A stretch of DNA of 63,892 bases, counting the filler, from Intoshia linei (taxonomy: Eukaryota; Animalia; Orthonectida), in NCBI GenBank assembly GCA_001642005.1. It is 5 parts of 5 records of this genome, joined end to end, with 100 filler letters (N's around TTAATTAATTAA, not from the genome) between each part and the next. Parts side by side here need not be neighbours in the genome. Positions count along the whole stretch, not along the records: positions 40,352 to 55,801 come from LWCA01000912.1; positions 55,902 to 61,455 come from LWCA01001767.1; positions 61,556 to 63,892 come from LWCA01002343.1; 2 more parts are not named here. One strand, written 5' to 3'. The notes under the pieces were generated by a model. It was not told the DNA's origin. It searched no databases and saw only the letters and a list, made by a program, of their open reading frames with translations. The translations under genes were made by a program, and so were the position numbers. Shown here one piece after another: positions 49,107-63,507 of the stretch. The first letter of the stretch is position 1. Each line of letters starts with the position of its first letter.

Positions 49107-52100
49107 ATGTACTATTTAAATCTATTAAAGTGTACCTATTTAAAAGTCAATGATTTAGTAAAATATAATAATATATGTTTTATAGATAAATAATGAAGAA
49201 TACACTGTGGCAATAAAACATTTAAAAAACCTTCAATGTGAAAAAAGTGTAAGATAATATTTTTTATATAAAGTTGGTTTTTCTAAGTCTGTTTCTATTT
49301 AAGTGTTTAGAAGAGTTGAAAGCTAACGATAGACACGGATCGTAGGTACATGTAGGCCCTACATTGTAGGGTCTTTACAAATTAAAAGTTTTTAGTTTAT
49401 CCATTGCTTAAGTATCAAGTCTAAATCCTGTTTATTCACCTTATAAAAATACTAAAATAAATTGGAAATACAGTGAAACCTGTAAAGAGTGAACAAAAAT
49501 CATTAAATTGTATATACGTTAGGGCCTGGATCGGAAACCTGTTGCATGTGGTGGGCCACTTTTTTATATCGAAAAATTCGATGACCTCGTTTTTGAAAAT
49601 TTGATGATACTTGTACATTAAAGTGTCTCATGGGTATTTAGAAAAAATATCCTTAAAGCTTAAAATTATAGTATTACTAAAATAATAACTATTGTAAAAT
49701 ATTTTCGGCCAATTTCTAACAGTGAAGTTAGTCTGACCATTTAAAGTTTTCTATATGTTACAAAATTAAAACTGAACTTTATTTTAACAAAAATTGCCGT
49801 TTGAGCTTTTAAACGTGGTACCCACTTTATAATATTGTTATCTATGTTTAGTTATACAATTCATTTTTTTAAATTTATTTCTAGCTGAATTTTTTTGAAT
49901 TTTATTTTTTGTTTGAATAAAATTTAAATAATGTTGTGAATAACCAGAATTCAAGAAATTAAATTGTTAATAAAATCCAAAAAAATTGACCTAGAAACAA
50001 ATTTTAAAAAATGAACAGTATAGCTAAACATGGAGAACAATATTATAAAGTCTGTACAACGTTTAAAACTCAAACGTCAATTTCCGTTAAAATAAAGTTC
50101 AGTTTTAATTTTGTAATATATAGAAAACAATAAATAGTCAGGCTATGTTTAATATTCCTTGAAATGCATTATTATTTTGGAAATATTATTTTTTTATACT
50201 TGATCACTATTATACCTATGGATGTTCAAGAATATAATTTTTCATTTTTTTTGAGACACTTTAATGTATATAATATAATATATATAATATAATTTCAGGG
50301 CCAAAACCCAAATTGCCTTTTTTTTAATGAAAACAGCCTTATTCGTTATATAAACAGACGTTCAATGCACATTTTTTTTGAAATTGTAGGATCAATATTT
50401 ACATTTTCAATTTTTATTTTAATAAAAATATTTGAAAAATATTAATTGATAATATATTAAAAATTAATTTTCACCGGGAATACATAGATTTATGGGATTG
50501 AAATTTTGTATTTATATTAACTGGAATAAGCTCTATCAGAATAATTTTTGGACCGTTAATTATTTTACATTTTTTGTTTTAATAAAATATTTCGAAAAAA
50601 AATATTTTATTAAAATGCTGTTTTGACCGTGAAGTCGTCACTTATTCAGATTGAAATTTTTTGTGTGTGTTAGCAGGATAAAACTGTACCACCTGTAATT
50701 TTTTAAATTCTCCAACTTGTTTGATTTTTAAAAAAAGGACAATTGGGGTTTTTAATCCGTAAGATGTGAGTTTGGGAAGTTTAAATTTATTTGCTAATAC
50801 CCCGGGAAAAACTGTAATTAAAATGTGAACTTTATAAAATTCTAAGACAGGTAATTATTGAAATAAAGTAGAACACACACACACAGAAACAAATATTGCG
50901 TAGCATATTATATAAATAAGGATATATCACACATGTATTGAATTTTTTAATTTTTAGAATAGTGTCATATTGTCTCTATTGGGTTTTTGTTATTATCAAT
51001 CACAGCAGTTCATAAGTGCAGGGAATTGTTTCGAAGTTCTTTCAAAATTAAACAAAAACACGGAAAATGTTTCAAAATATTTAATATATTACGCTCAATC
51101 TTTATACAAAGAGGGATTGTACGAAGAAGCACTAAATGTTGTACGCCAAATAACGAATGAAGGTGTTGAAATTACAGTTATAAAACTGACATCGGCGATA
51201 CATTATGCAATGAATGAATTGAGTTTAGCCAAGGTAATTGAACCATATTATAAGTATACTATTTTAATCTAGAGTTTCATCGCTAAATATCCTTCTAATG
51301 ATATAGAAGCTAAAACCAACAGTGGATGTTTATTTTACCGGGTAATTTTAGCAATATATCAACCAGGTTATTGGTTTTGACATAAAAATTAATGAATTTA
51401 TTTTTTGTAGTATATTATCATTTAATTTTTATTTTATAATCATTTAGGATGGTAGTTACAAACTGGCGTTAAAAAAATTTCTGGAAGCTATGCAAATCAC
51501 GGGGTTTAAACCAGATTTATCATATTATATTGTAAGATTTTACTATATTTATTTTTATAATTAACATGTTCCATTAAAGGCTTTGTGTTACTACAAATTA
51601 ACAAACTATACTGAAGCAATTAAAAATGTGGATAATATAATTAAATATGGAATCAAACAATATCCAGGTATAATCAAACCATTCAATCTAATTTTGGAAT
51701 AGAATTATGCATTGGACTTAGTTCAAATGAAAATGAAATTAATTATATTCGGAATTCACCGTTATTACAAAGGTCAAAATTGATTGAAGCTTTCAATTTG
51801 AAAATGGCCATACAATTCAATTATAATAATTGTAATTTTATCATCAAGAGTTAGTTGTAAAATGGGTGTGTTTTAGCCAATTTTTAAATCATTGATATGC
51901 ACATTTAGTGGTTAGCAGTCAAATAAATATAACAGTGTACTTATACAGTGTATTAGTATTTTAATTGTATGGCTTTTTTAATGTAGATCAAAAATTATTC
52001 CCGTACCTGATTGTTATACATTCAATTGAATATTATTATTGTATTTATTCTTAAGCTGAATTTTTCCTTTTTTTGTACATTTATATTGAAAGGAACAATG

Positions 52101-54294
52101 CGTAATTTCAAAGTTTTTCTATATTGTGAAATGATTTGACCCTGCCACGATACAAACAGTGATATCTTATCTAATTATTAATCATTGATCTTTAAAATAT
52201 ATTATATTATAGTAAGTTCCGCTGATGAAGCGTTAAGAGACATGCCAGCTCGAGCTGAACACGATCTGGATGCTATCACTTTACACAATCAATCATTACT
52301 TCAAATGGAAAATAATCCTCAGGATGGATTTAAAAAATTACAATTTTTAATAGTACAAAATTCATTTCCTGCTGAAGCATTTCCAAATTTACTTACACTA
52401 TACATTAAATATGAAGTAATTTAAGTATACTTGATATATTCAGTGATAAATAATACGGTTTTGTACCCTACTATCGTACCCTCACATTGGATTTAAATTT
52501 GGAATCAATCAATCATGAACATTAAAAAAAATTATATATTTTTATAGACTAAAATTAAGTATAATTAAGACGTATTAAAGTTTCCCGTTTCAATTTCTAT
52601 AAGCATAATTAAATTGATAAGTATTATTCACATATAGTTCACAGTTATTATTTTCATTAGCAATACGAACTTGCGGCAGATATGATTGGAGAAAATTCAC
52701 ATCAATTACAAAAATATTTAACTCCGGTAATTACTAAGCACACGTGATATATCAGCCATTTCAAACTGAAATCCACGAATCGAGTCTTTACTAGGCACAA
52801 TTTTTAGGATAAACCAGTAAAAAATTAACTTTGTAACTGCATGTATTTGTGATTTGGACAGTGTGATGTACATTGTACAATATTTAAATTTAAACTGGCT
52901 GCATGCGATAGCTACGTCTCCTCTAGTAATTTGGTATGGCTGATGTACATTATAATGATATATTAAATATTTTATGGCGTCAACGCTGATATTATGTTTA
53001 TACAATGCTAAAAATAGTTTCTAAATGAATTTTTGGAAGCAGTAATATCAAAACAAACCTCACCCGAAGAAGCATATAAAAAGTTGGATTACTTATCAAA
53101 TAAACAAATTGAAAAGTTGAGAAAAATTCGTGAAAATGTAATAATATTTTTATACGTGTATTTTGTTGTGTATTACATGATAATAATAAATTTAATAATA
53201 TAATAATATTACAATTTATATTTACCCTTATACCTATTATATTACCTATAAATACATTGTAATGATAGAGTTTTATAAATTATTTAGATACAATTATCGA
53301 GAGACAGAAATAATGAATGTCAAATAAACTGCAACATTGTAGAATACAAGTCCACAATGGAGAAGTACGTTAATATCACAATATGTTTATAATTATAATT
53401 TTAGTTTTATACCAATATTAATGCAGCAAGCAAAAATATATTGGGATGTCGGCAATTATAAACAAGTTGAGCTAGTATTTCATAAAGCTTCAGATTTTTG
53501 CAGTGAAAATGAAACTTGGATCATTAATATTGCACATGAATTGTTTATGCAAGAAAAATATTCAGAAGCAATCAATTTTTATGAAACTATTGTTACACGA
53601 CATTATGCCAATGTATGTTTTAGTCATTGTCGATGATTCTTGACATTAAATATACAGTTTATATTATACACAATACGATATGATTAAATGGATCATTTAA
53701 ATTCTATAAGAGGTAGTAAAATATGATACTAGACCCGCGGAGAAGGTCTAGAATTTAGCGTCCACGGTTTTAAATTAACAACAATCAAACTATTTATATT
53801 CAATATCACTATTGATTCGTAGAATTTGTACAATCAATACAAATACACGGATCTCAGATTATCCGTATCGGTTGTATGTCTCTACTACCTAATGTAATAT
53901 TACATATGTTATAAATTGAATTGGGAGTCAGGAAACGGGTTAACTATACTTTTATTTAATATATTTAATGGATTATAAAATTTTAATCAACTTTAATATA
54001 TTATTATTTAATTTTTGATTGAATTTATTTGTATTGCTAATAATAATAAAAGCAAATTTAGATTCTGGAAGTTAGTGCTGTTGTCTTAGCTAATCTTTGT
54101 GTTTCATATGTTATGGAACATGCTACAGAATCGGTTTATATTAATATATTTAATTTACACATATTTAATAATTTATCATCTCAAACATAGGCAGAAGACT
54201 TGATGCGAAAAATTGAAAAAGAAGAACAACAATTTGTTTACAATAACTCTGAAAAACACTTATATCACTATTGTATTGTCAATTTAGTATTGGG
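49107..54294 (+). CDS. TTC30A: TTC30/IFT70/fleer TPR protein; 3' end not found
   Basis: LSLLGFCYYQSQQF..YAQSLYK, LIEAFNLKMAI, ALRDMPARAEHDLDAITLHNQ, MQQAKIYWD, VLANLCVSYVM|AEDLMRKIEKEE..YCIVNLVLG. The first exon is tentative. Confidence 0.92.
49616..50266. mobile_element. TA-flanked MITE with long internal inverted repeats
   Basis: TIR CATTAAAGTGTCTCA / TGAGACACTTTAATG. Internal arms at about 49745-49885 and 49990-50130 are complementary. A related end lies near 1252. Confidence 0.8.
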
Positions 54295-54310
54295 GTAATC
54301 AGTTAAATTA

Positions 54311-55801
54311 CACTGGCCAACAGTAAAAATTTTATTGGGACTTGATATGCCGTTTCTGGGTATTTCGAGTGTCCTGAACACGATGGTGGTATTCACTTTG
54401 CCCCCACAAGTCAGGTTTTCGAATAAAAAAATTTACTTTTAGAACAAAAATTGTTTATTTATTTCATAAAAAAGTTGGTCAGTTATTTGCATGATTTTAG
54501 TACTTTATTAAACACATGGATTGAACATAGCGTAAAAAATAAAAAAAATATAGTCTTATACTAAAAAGTACGAGAAATTAGAATATTTTTGTATTTTCCG
54601 TTTGTGATCAGCTTGATGATCTTCCCGCATGAGTGTCCAGCAGTAGTCGGCCAACATAACGGGAGTCCACTGTGAACTATATCGACTATATCAATTTTGG
54701 CTGTTGAAAGTTTTGGAAATTTCTCTTTGAGCATTGCAATCGCTGGGTTGTCGTTCTTCTTTAGCGCCTTAACAAATTGAATCATCAATCCAAGCTTGAT
54801 ATGCAGCAGGGGAAGAATGATCTTCTCTATCGGAACAAGAGGCTCGTTGATGACGTTCTTCTCACCAGGTGTGTAACCATCACGTGTCTTCCACACCTTC
54901 TGAATAAAGTGGTTCACCCTATCGCGACTGTCACACTCACAGATGAAACACTGAAACTTTGGCCAGCCACATTGCATTTCAGAAACAATGGCGACATGAT
55001 CAAATTCTCCATTGATGTTCATCGTAATTTAAAACCTGAAGAATCCGAGAAAGGTTGATGTATGTCTCCTTCATCTGAGTCAAATAAGCAACAGGAACGG
55101 TCGGAAGTTAATTGCCTATGTGGATTAATGCTGCCTTGATTCTATATTTCGAGTCATCGATGAAAAGTCGCCATTCATACGCACGATGCGGTATTTTAAA
55201 CTTTAAAAATAGACCATTGATGTCGTTGCAATAGCACAAATCGCCGTCCATGGTGAAAATATATTTAAAATCGTCAGTGCGCTTGCGAAAGTGAGTAATG
55301 GTAACACCATTCTCAAGCCAGCCCATTTCTTGGAATCGCGAAGCAGAAATGAGCAGAACAGAGGCAAAATTTCGGATTTCTCCTTTGACGTCTCCATATC
55401 TCGAACATAGTCATTAAGCTGTGCTTGATTCCATTGTTTAAGTTGATCGCTGATTGCATCTTCAGGCTCGTAGTCAACGTCATCATCATCGTTATCGCTA
55501 CCAACAGCGGCAATAACACAATCATCCAAAGGTGATATAATACTCGGTGGCTTCGGGATAGGTACCTCATCAGAGTGAGGCGCCGGGCGAATGGCTGATG
55601 CAATGTCATTGGGATAGATGATCTTCTTCCAAGCATGTCGATTCGTATTCGTCGGTTTACCGACTCGACAAAAGTAGCAGTCGGCACTGTGGTCTTTCTG
55701 CTCGCGCCACATCATCGGAATTCCAAAAGGTATCTTTTTCAGTTTGCCACGAAACCACATGGACAAGCCACTGTAACATTGTTGGCAGAATCGCTTTGGC
55801 G
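54311..55801 (-). mobile_element. Degenerate Chapaev3-like (CMC superfamily) DNA transposon, truncated by a gap
   Basis: TTA|CACTG terminus. Motifs IPMMWREQKDHSADCYFC, WRLFIDDSK, KFQCFICECDSR, PLLHIKLGLM and, in another frame, WTPVMLADYCWTLMRE. Frameshifts and an internal deletion are present. Confidence 0.78.
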
Positions 55802-57293
55802 NNNNNNNNNNNNNNNNNNNNNNNNNNNNNNNNNNNNNNNNNNNNTTAATTAATTAANNNNNNNNNNNNNNNNNNNNNNNNNNNNNNNNNNNNNNNNNNN
55901 NCAATAAAGAATGTATATTAAAATTTTACGTTGATAATTATAATTATCTCTTTATATAGATACACAGTTACTAAAAGTGTGGCTATCTGTCTGTTTGTGT
56001 AAACATTTATTTAGATAATAAACAGTCTCAGAAATAAAAATTAAATGCCAGTTTTTTCCGGTCTAGAAAATAAGATAAAATTAATCAAAATAAGTCAGAA
56101 ATTTGCAACTTCACTGCCTAAATCTCAAATTACCAATTTTTTTGAAATGAAAAAAGATTCAGAATTTAAACCACAAAAATTTTGGGTATTTTATCAAAAT
56201 TATTTTATATTTTAATAAAAATTAATTCTATTGATCAAAAATATAAAATATTACCACCTATTAATTGTTATTATTTAAATGAATCATTTACGTGCATAAA
56301 TTGATCAAAATGATGTAAAATGCGTTGATAATACTTTAAACTCAAATTTATAAAAAAATCACAATCCATTTGTTGATAGTTATGTATACGATAAACAAAT
56401 GAAACGTTTATGGAATAAAACTTTTATTCCATAAATTTTATTATTATTAATTTTATTATTATTATTAATTTTATTAAAAGCTATGAATATCATTAAAAAC
56501 ACATAAAAATACTGATTAATAATTTTTACAATGAAAAAAATATCGAAAATAATTCCCGAAAATAGTTTCAAATTGCAAGCCTATTTTGGTTTTGTTTGCA
56601 TAACAGGTTTATGCAATAACGTTTATTCGTTATTTATGATGAATTCAAACACCCTTAAAATCCTAGATAAAATGGTTCATAAATTAATTTATATAACTGA
56701 AATGTATAAGAAAACAGGTTATGTGTATTTATTTTTATTACTATACTTAACCCATGTTAAATGTATAATTTTTCAATAATTTGGGGTAAATTTGGCACCT
56801 ATTAGCTGCCATTAAAATATATTTACAATCAACTAAATTAATCAAATTTATAAAATAAAATGCTGCATTATAAATAATAATTTATATAACATAATATTAA
56901 TAGAGTTTAAATTCTTATTAACGGAATTTAATTTTTTTAAATAAAAATCATTAAATGGTCATATTTCGTGTTATTATGAGTTTTGAATAATACAAGACCA
57001 AGTAATATACACAAAACATTCTCAAGGGGTCCACATCAGTTTTTTGGGTCCATGAAAAATTTCATCAATTTTAAATAATTTACAGATATTACAGTTACAC
57101 TTAAAAATGATCTTTCCATAATGCTAGTAATTATTTATAATTAACGCTATCTAATTTAATATCTATTGAAAATTTAATTAAAAATAGATTCTAAAGCTTT
57201 AGAGATAAAATTTTTATTAACGGAATTTTTGGTTCATACACAATCGTTAAGAAAAAATAAATAATTCAAAATTCCGTTAATAAGGACTTAAAC

Positions 57294-57979
57294 CAGTGGT
57301 TTTCAACCGGGGTCGCGAAATTTATCAGCGGTTGGTGAGAATTTGGAAATTTTATGAATATATATTTTTTTATTTTAATACAATATTGACAGTAATAATG
57401 TTACGGAAATATTTTTACATTCTGTATTACAATAATAAATGTTTTTTTTCACTCAATATATAAACTCATGTATTCTCGATAAAGTACAGGATGAAGTAAT
57501 AGATTTAATAAATGATTTCACTGCACGTAATATTTTCTATGAAAAACAACTAAGTTTTTTTTAATGTGATAAGATTGATTTATATCCAAATGTATTTACG
57601 ATTGCTTTGAGATTGCTACTATCTTTACCGTCAACTTATCTGTGTGAAGCAGGATTTTATACGCTTGTTCATATAAAAACAAAGTCAATAAACAGATTGA
57701 ATGTTAAAGATGATATGAAACTCGCCTTATCGGATACACTGCCCAGAATATCAATAATTGTATCTAAAATAGAACCTAAAATTTCACATAAAGAAAATAA
57801 ATTTAGTTATAATAATACATTGTACTGAGTAGTGCTCAGTGAACACAGTATAAAATATAAATAAAACTGAATAAGATTTTTAATATTTTCATTTATGAAC
57901 TGATATGATGTTTAAAGTATATAGAAAATTTTTTATGTTTATGAGGGGATCGCGAACACAAAAAGATTGAAAACCACTG
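57294..57979 (+). mobile_element. Non-autonomous hAT Buster element
   Basis: TIR CAGTGGTTTTCAA / TTGAAAACCACTG; TSD ACTTAAAC/ACTTGGAC; remnant STYLCEAGF..IKTK..NRL. A matching end lies at 40193. Confidence 0.85.
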
Positions 57980-58937
57980 ACTTGGACTGTACAATAACAT
58001 TTACTTTTTTTTACACTTTACAATGTAAAAAAAATAGCAAATTTGTTGATGTCGTTGTTTCAAATACGTTTTAAATTAATTCAAAAACAAAATTTAAACA
58101 AATGTAATTTTTATAATTTAACCGAATTGTAATAATTAAAACAAAAAATAATTTTCTAGTATGAATCAATGCTAAAATAACACATCGAATCGTTCTGAAA
58201 ATCGTTTTTTCTTTTGGATTAACTTCAGTATAATCTGAAGCAGAAATCTATCAAAAAAAATTTTAAGTTCATTACCAGCTAAAAATGTTATAAATGTTGC
58301 ATGTAAACATGTATTGAGAATTAAAAAATATACATATTGTAATGTATATGAGTGGATAACAAACTTATTTTTCTTAACTCCATTTTTAGCAATTACACAG
58401 TTAAATGGCAATGTATTCTCTGTTTATTAATTAAAAAGTAACTTTTCACATGAGGTGAATAGGTATAATCAATTCCAAAACCGCACATTTTGGGAACCAC
58501 TGTTTCATATTACAGTCAAAATCTCATTTAACGAAAATGACAAAACGTTAAAATGCATATTCGTTAAATGAATTTAACAAAAATATTAGAAATGTAAAAA
58601 TAACCATAGATTACGGTCAATTTATTTATTACCCATTATTATATATATAGAAAATAAAATTTCGACATTCGTATTGTATCGACATATATATTGTATAAAT
58701 ATATTTTACCATCTAATGATACAATTGTATTTAATTTTAAGATTTACATATTTACGTTAGGGTGTCACAGGTATCTAAGAATCAAGGAAAAATAATACTC
58801 AATCTTTACATTTGTGTAATATTAAGAATAGTTGCAATAAAAAAATTTGACGTTATCTATATGATATGAACCATATCTACTTTTCCCATTGAGTAAAGTT
58901 CAGTTTTAATTTGTACTTTACATTTTTATAAAATAAA

Positions 58938-59978
58938 CTAGCTTGGCAGTTTTGTACTACGTAAAAACAGCACCTAGCTCTGCCGAGGGCACTCTTTTAT
59001 TATACCAAAAAAATAAATTCACGTTAAAAATCTAACTTAAAAATTCTACTATTAACTATTATCAATCCTTTGTTTTGTTTTGTTAACGTTTGCGTAAAGA
59101 ATTTAAAAACAATTGTTATCCCATTTTATTAATTTATTAAACAGAATATATGTATAATATTAAAAATAAAGTAAAAACAGTCCAATCCTAAAAATTGTCA
59201 TCAATAGCATAAATTATAAAAAATGTTTGAAAAATAAAAATTTAAAAATTGCGTAGCAATGAAAAAAATTCCGCAGGAATGAATTATATAGATTTTCACA
59301 CATATGTTTTCATTGGAAATGTGTAGACGTACAATATTTTTTTTGAAATTGTAGGATCAATATTTACATTTTCAATTTTTGATTTTAATTGATTTATTTG
59401 AAAAATATTGGTTGAATATATTAAAAGTATTTTTCACCCGGGAATGCGTAAATTTCTGGGTTGAAATTTGTATTTATATTAACTGGAATAAGCTCTATCA
59501 GAATAATCCTTTTTTTAAATTTTCGGACCGTTAATTATTTCATATTTTTTGTTTTAATAAAATATTTCGGAAAAAAAATATATAAATACTAAAATGCTTT
59601 TTTGAACGTGAAGTCGTCACTTATTCGGATTGAAATTTTACATCCGTGTGTGTGTTAACATGATACAACTCTACCACCTGTAAATTTTTTTAAATTCTAG
59701 GGCTGTTTTCAAAAAAAAAAGGAAGGGAATTTAGGGTTTTGGCCATGAAGATATAATTTTTTTAAATTCTCCAACTCGTTTGCTTATCAAAAAGAGGGAC
59801 AACAGGAGTTTTTATCCTTAAGATGTGAAATTGGAGGTTTAAATATATCTTAATATACGTCCCGAAAAAAACTGTAATTGAAATGTTGTCTTTAAAAAAT
59901 TTTAAAACGGGTAGTTATTTAAATAAAGCTGAACACACACACAAACAAAAATCGCGTCGCATATTATATAAGTAAGGA
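58938..59978 (-). mobile_element. Non-autonomous Helitron-like element; dominant repeat family of the window
   Basis: On the minus strand it reads A|TC..(TGTG/TTTG microsatellite)..GC-rich subterminal motif..CTAG|T, with no TSD. Partial copies lie near 2040-3135, 15340-15650, 28130-28340, 38700-39830, 40352-40613, 50350-50923 and 61556-61793. Confidence 0.7.
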
Positions 59979-62229
59979 TTACAACTGATAAATGCAACTT
60001 GAATAGGGACTGTTAAATGTTTTTGATTGCGAAATAGTTATTCTATTTTAAATATAAACACATTTAATGGTAATTGTCTATCAAATGCTCAAACTTTTCA
60101 AAAAATGCGACACCCTAATGTAGGTCACATTTTATGAATATTATTATTTTTTTACGGCCTTAATAAATTATAACAGATAAATAATTTTAATTTACATTGT
60201 TAATCAAATTTGAATTACAAAAATTAATATTACAATCTTGACAATTAATGTATTAATTAAAGTAATAATTATATTTATAGTCTTTCATAGAATTTACATT
60301 ATGATTTAAATTAGAGGTTCTTAAACTTTTTCATATATCGAAAAATGTTTATTCCACAATTTTTTATTATTATTTCATTGTTTATTAACATAAATTTGGA
60401 TAATTACTAATTTATTTAAACAAATATTTGTACATTTTGGAATCAACCCTTGCTCGTGGCCAGGGGTGTCAGACCTACTTAAATTGGTAATCCAAATAAT
60501 CAAAACATTTAATTCAATTATTAAGCGCAATACACACAAAAAAATTTAATTACGAGAAAAAAGGTTACATTGTATTGTACAGTTTTAATTAATATAAATA
60601 TTAACTTACCAATAAATCAAATTTTAAGGGATTACAAGTATTAACAACTTAATTAAAGAAAAATTAAAATTTCGATAAAATTTGCTGTGGCATCCCATAA
60701 TTTTCCATGAATCCAAATTTGAAAATTTTTCTTACCCGTCTGCATGACTGTTCATTGTTTTTCGTAATTTAATGGGTAAAATTAAAATTATATCTACACT
60801 ATGAATCTAAATAAATCTTGAGTTCGATATATCATGTATTTCTTCATCTGTAACTTCTAAGAAAATTAATATTATATACGTAATATATATATAATATGTT
60901 GACAGCCCTGCTTGGGGCGAAAGCGTTGAGTCAATCATGGTTTAAATTATAATATAAAATATTTTTACATGCTAAAAAATAAATTATACTTGTTTATAAA
61001 GATATCAATAGATTTTAATGTGTGTACTAAGTACACTGTATTGTATGTAGTAATTTCACTTTAAAACGTTAATAATCCTATTAATTTGTTGTATATTTTA
61101 ATTGTACATTTATAATTGTATCAGGGTATCCTCCATCTCACATTCATTATATTTTTTTCCTATATTTTTAAATGTATCTCTTAAAGGTTGGTATAATTGA
61201 ATTTTTGAAAATAATCTTAAGACTTAACCTAACCATTAGATAAAATTGAATATTTCCATATAATATTGTTATATAAGGATTATTCACTTAACAGTTGGTA
61301 CAATTTTTTTTTGTCGTAAGATATTTTTTAATACAATATTATATAGTACTCTACTATTATTTCAACGTCTATTAACTTTCTTGCATAGTTGGAGCATTAT
61401 ATTAATTATAATTCATGTATAATATACATATTATAATATAATTAAAAAATATATTNNNNNNNNNNNNNNNNNNNNNNNNNNNNNNNNNNNNNNNNNNNNT
61501 TAATTAATTAANNNNNNNNNNNNNNNNNNNNNNNNNNNNNNNNNNNNNNNNNNNNTTGTTTTTAAAATTCTTTACGCAAATGTTAACAAAACAAAATTAA
61601 GATGGAATAGTTCACTTTAGAGTAAAAAGTAATGTGATATGACGGTTACACCTGAAACAAATTTTGGAACCACTCTTTTAAAGGATAGTTAATAGTAGGA
61701 TTTTTAACGTGAATTTATTTTTTTGGTATAATAAAAGAGTGCCCTAGGCAGAGCTAGGTGCTGTTTGTACGTATTACAAAACTGCCAAGCTAGTGTAAAT
61801 TATAATTGTATTTGTGTATAAAATCTTATAAAAAATGTTTACTGTATAATTTACTGCCGTTTGTACATAGTGTATTAGTATGTAAACTTGAGTTGTTAAA
61901 ATTGATAGTAATATTGATAAAAAGTTTATATTATAAACAATGATGCGAAAAAATGTCATAAAAATACGTTTTGGTACAATTCTATGCAACTTTTAAATTA
62001 AATTATAATTTAAATAACGACTAATCAATTTGGATCGTATGAATTTTATGTGTATTAAAGAGTAAGTGAGATTATTATAAAACAATCTCCAGTTTTGTAC
62101 CAAAATTATGATTATAATCATTACACTTCATGTGCACTACTTAATATACTCATTATAATCTAATATCTCACTTGGATCGACCCGATATGCCATCCAAAGT
62201 AGATCGATTAACTGAATGGTGATGTAAAT

Positions 62230-63000
62230 ATGTATGTTGCATAGAATGTGTACAACTGTGAAATGTACACATTCCACGGGCAAGTCGTAGAATGTGTCTT
62301 AGACGCCAATTCAGAGTTAGATACATAATTGATGCTTTGCTAACAACGAATTTTTTAATTCAGTTAAATTAACAAGGTCATGTTTATTTTTAAATTGATT
62401 TGTATTTGTAAAACTTTTATTTAATTAATATCAAACTATGTAATTGGGATTTTTTTTGAACCAAACTTTCACAAGAGGGGTTTTTAAGATTTTTAGAAAA
62501 CAAAATAATTGATTAGTTATCAATAATTTCTGTGTCAAATATCGTTTTTCCAGTTATAATATTTTTATATTTAATAAATTGAATTAATTATTTTTAATCT
62601 TAATAATATATCCTGCCTTGTTACGTTAATCTGTACTGTATACTGTATGACTTATCCATAAGATGTGTACATTTCACAGTTGTACATATTCTATACGACA
62701 TATATACACTGTATATTAGAGTGTGCACTTTTGACATTTTTTTTTGAATTTCAAAAAGTAATTTGAGTACAAATAGATAATGTTATTTAAAACACAATGA
62801 CAAAAAAAAATTTGAAAACGGTCGTGATTTCCTAAGGCAAAAAATTTTTAAAGTTTTAATATAAATTTGTACTTTGAAGTTTTTTTTTTAAATAATGTTA
62901 AAATTATTAATATAAATNNNNNNNNNNNNNNNNNNNNNTTCTACGACTTTCCCGTGGAATGTGTACATTTACAGTTGTACACATTCTATACGACATATAT
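62230..63000. repeat. Short dispersed repeat of about 60 bp in both orientations
   Basis: CGTATAGAATGTGTACAACTGTGAAATGTACACATTC-like motif near 62230 (+), 62660 (-), 62940 (-) and 7885 (+). Confidence 0.65.
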
Positions 63001-63507
63001 CTATTTAATTTTAGAAAATAATAAAATTTATTAATACAGTTTGCATAACCAAAAATTTAATATGAACAGCAAAGTATGCTATTTGAAATATTTTTTTTCA
63101 TACTGTAACAGGAATGTTTTTATTTGTTTTCTAAATTAAAAATTAAAATAATAATTAATGTAACTATATTATATATCAGGGAATCTCAACATTTTGTTAA
63201 AATCGCCCATAAGGAGGGTGGCACCAGCTGATACTACTGTTGGCATCAGCAACAGCAAAATTCTAATGATACCAGCATTTCAGCCAGCCATAAGTCATAA
63301 ACAAGTTGTTACTTTTATTCAATTTTTTAAAGAATCGACCAGTAGAATCAACAATTCTCTTAAAAAAATTGTAATAATTTTCGATGTTATTTTAGACATT
63401 GGGGGGTATTAAAATAATTTATAATTTAATATATTGTCATAATGGGCAATATAAACATTTTTAATAAATTAACTATCAAAAATTTATATATACATAATTT
63501 TGATATA

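Noticed and set aside
63194-63412. 72-aa ORF with antisense LMGDFN (LINE endonuclease-like)
   Set aside because: A single short motif with surrounding stops is insufficient.
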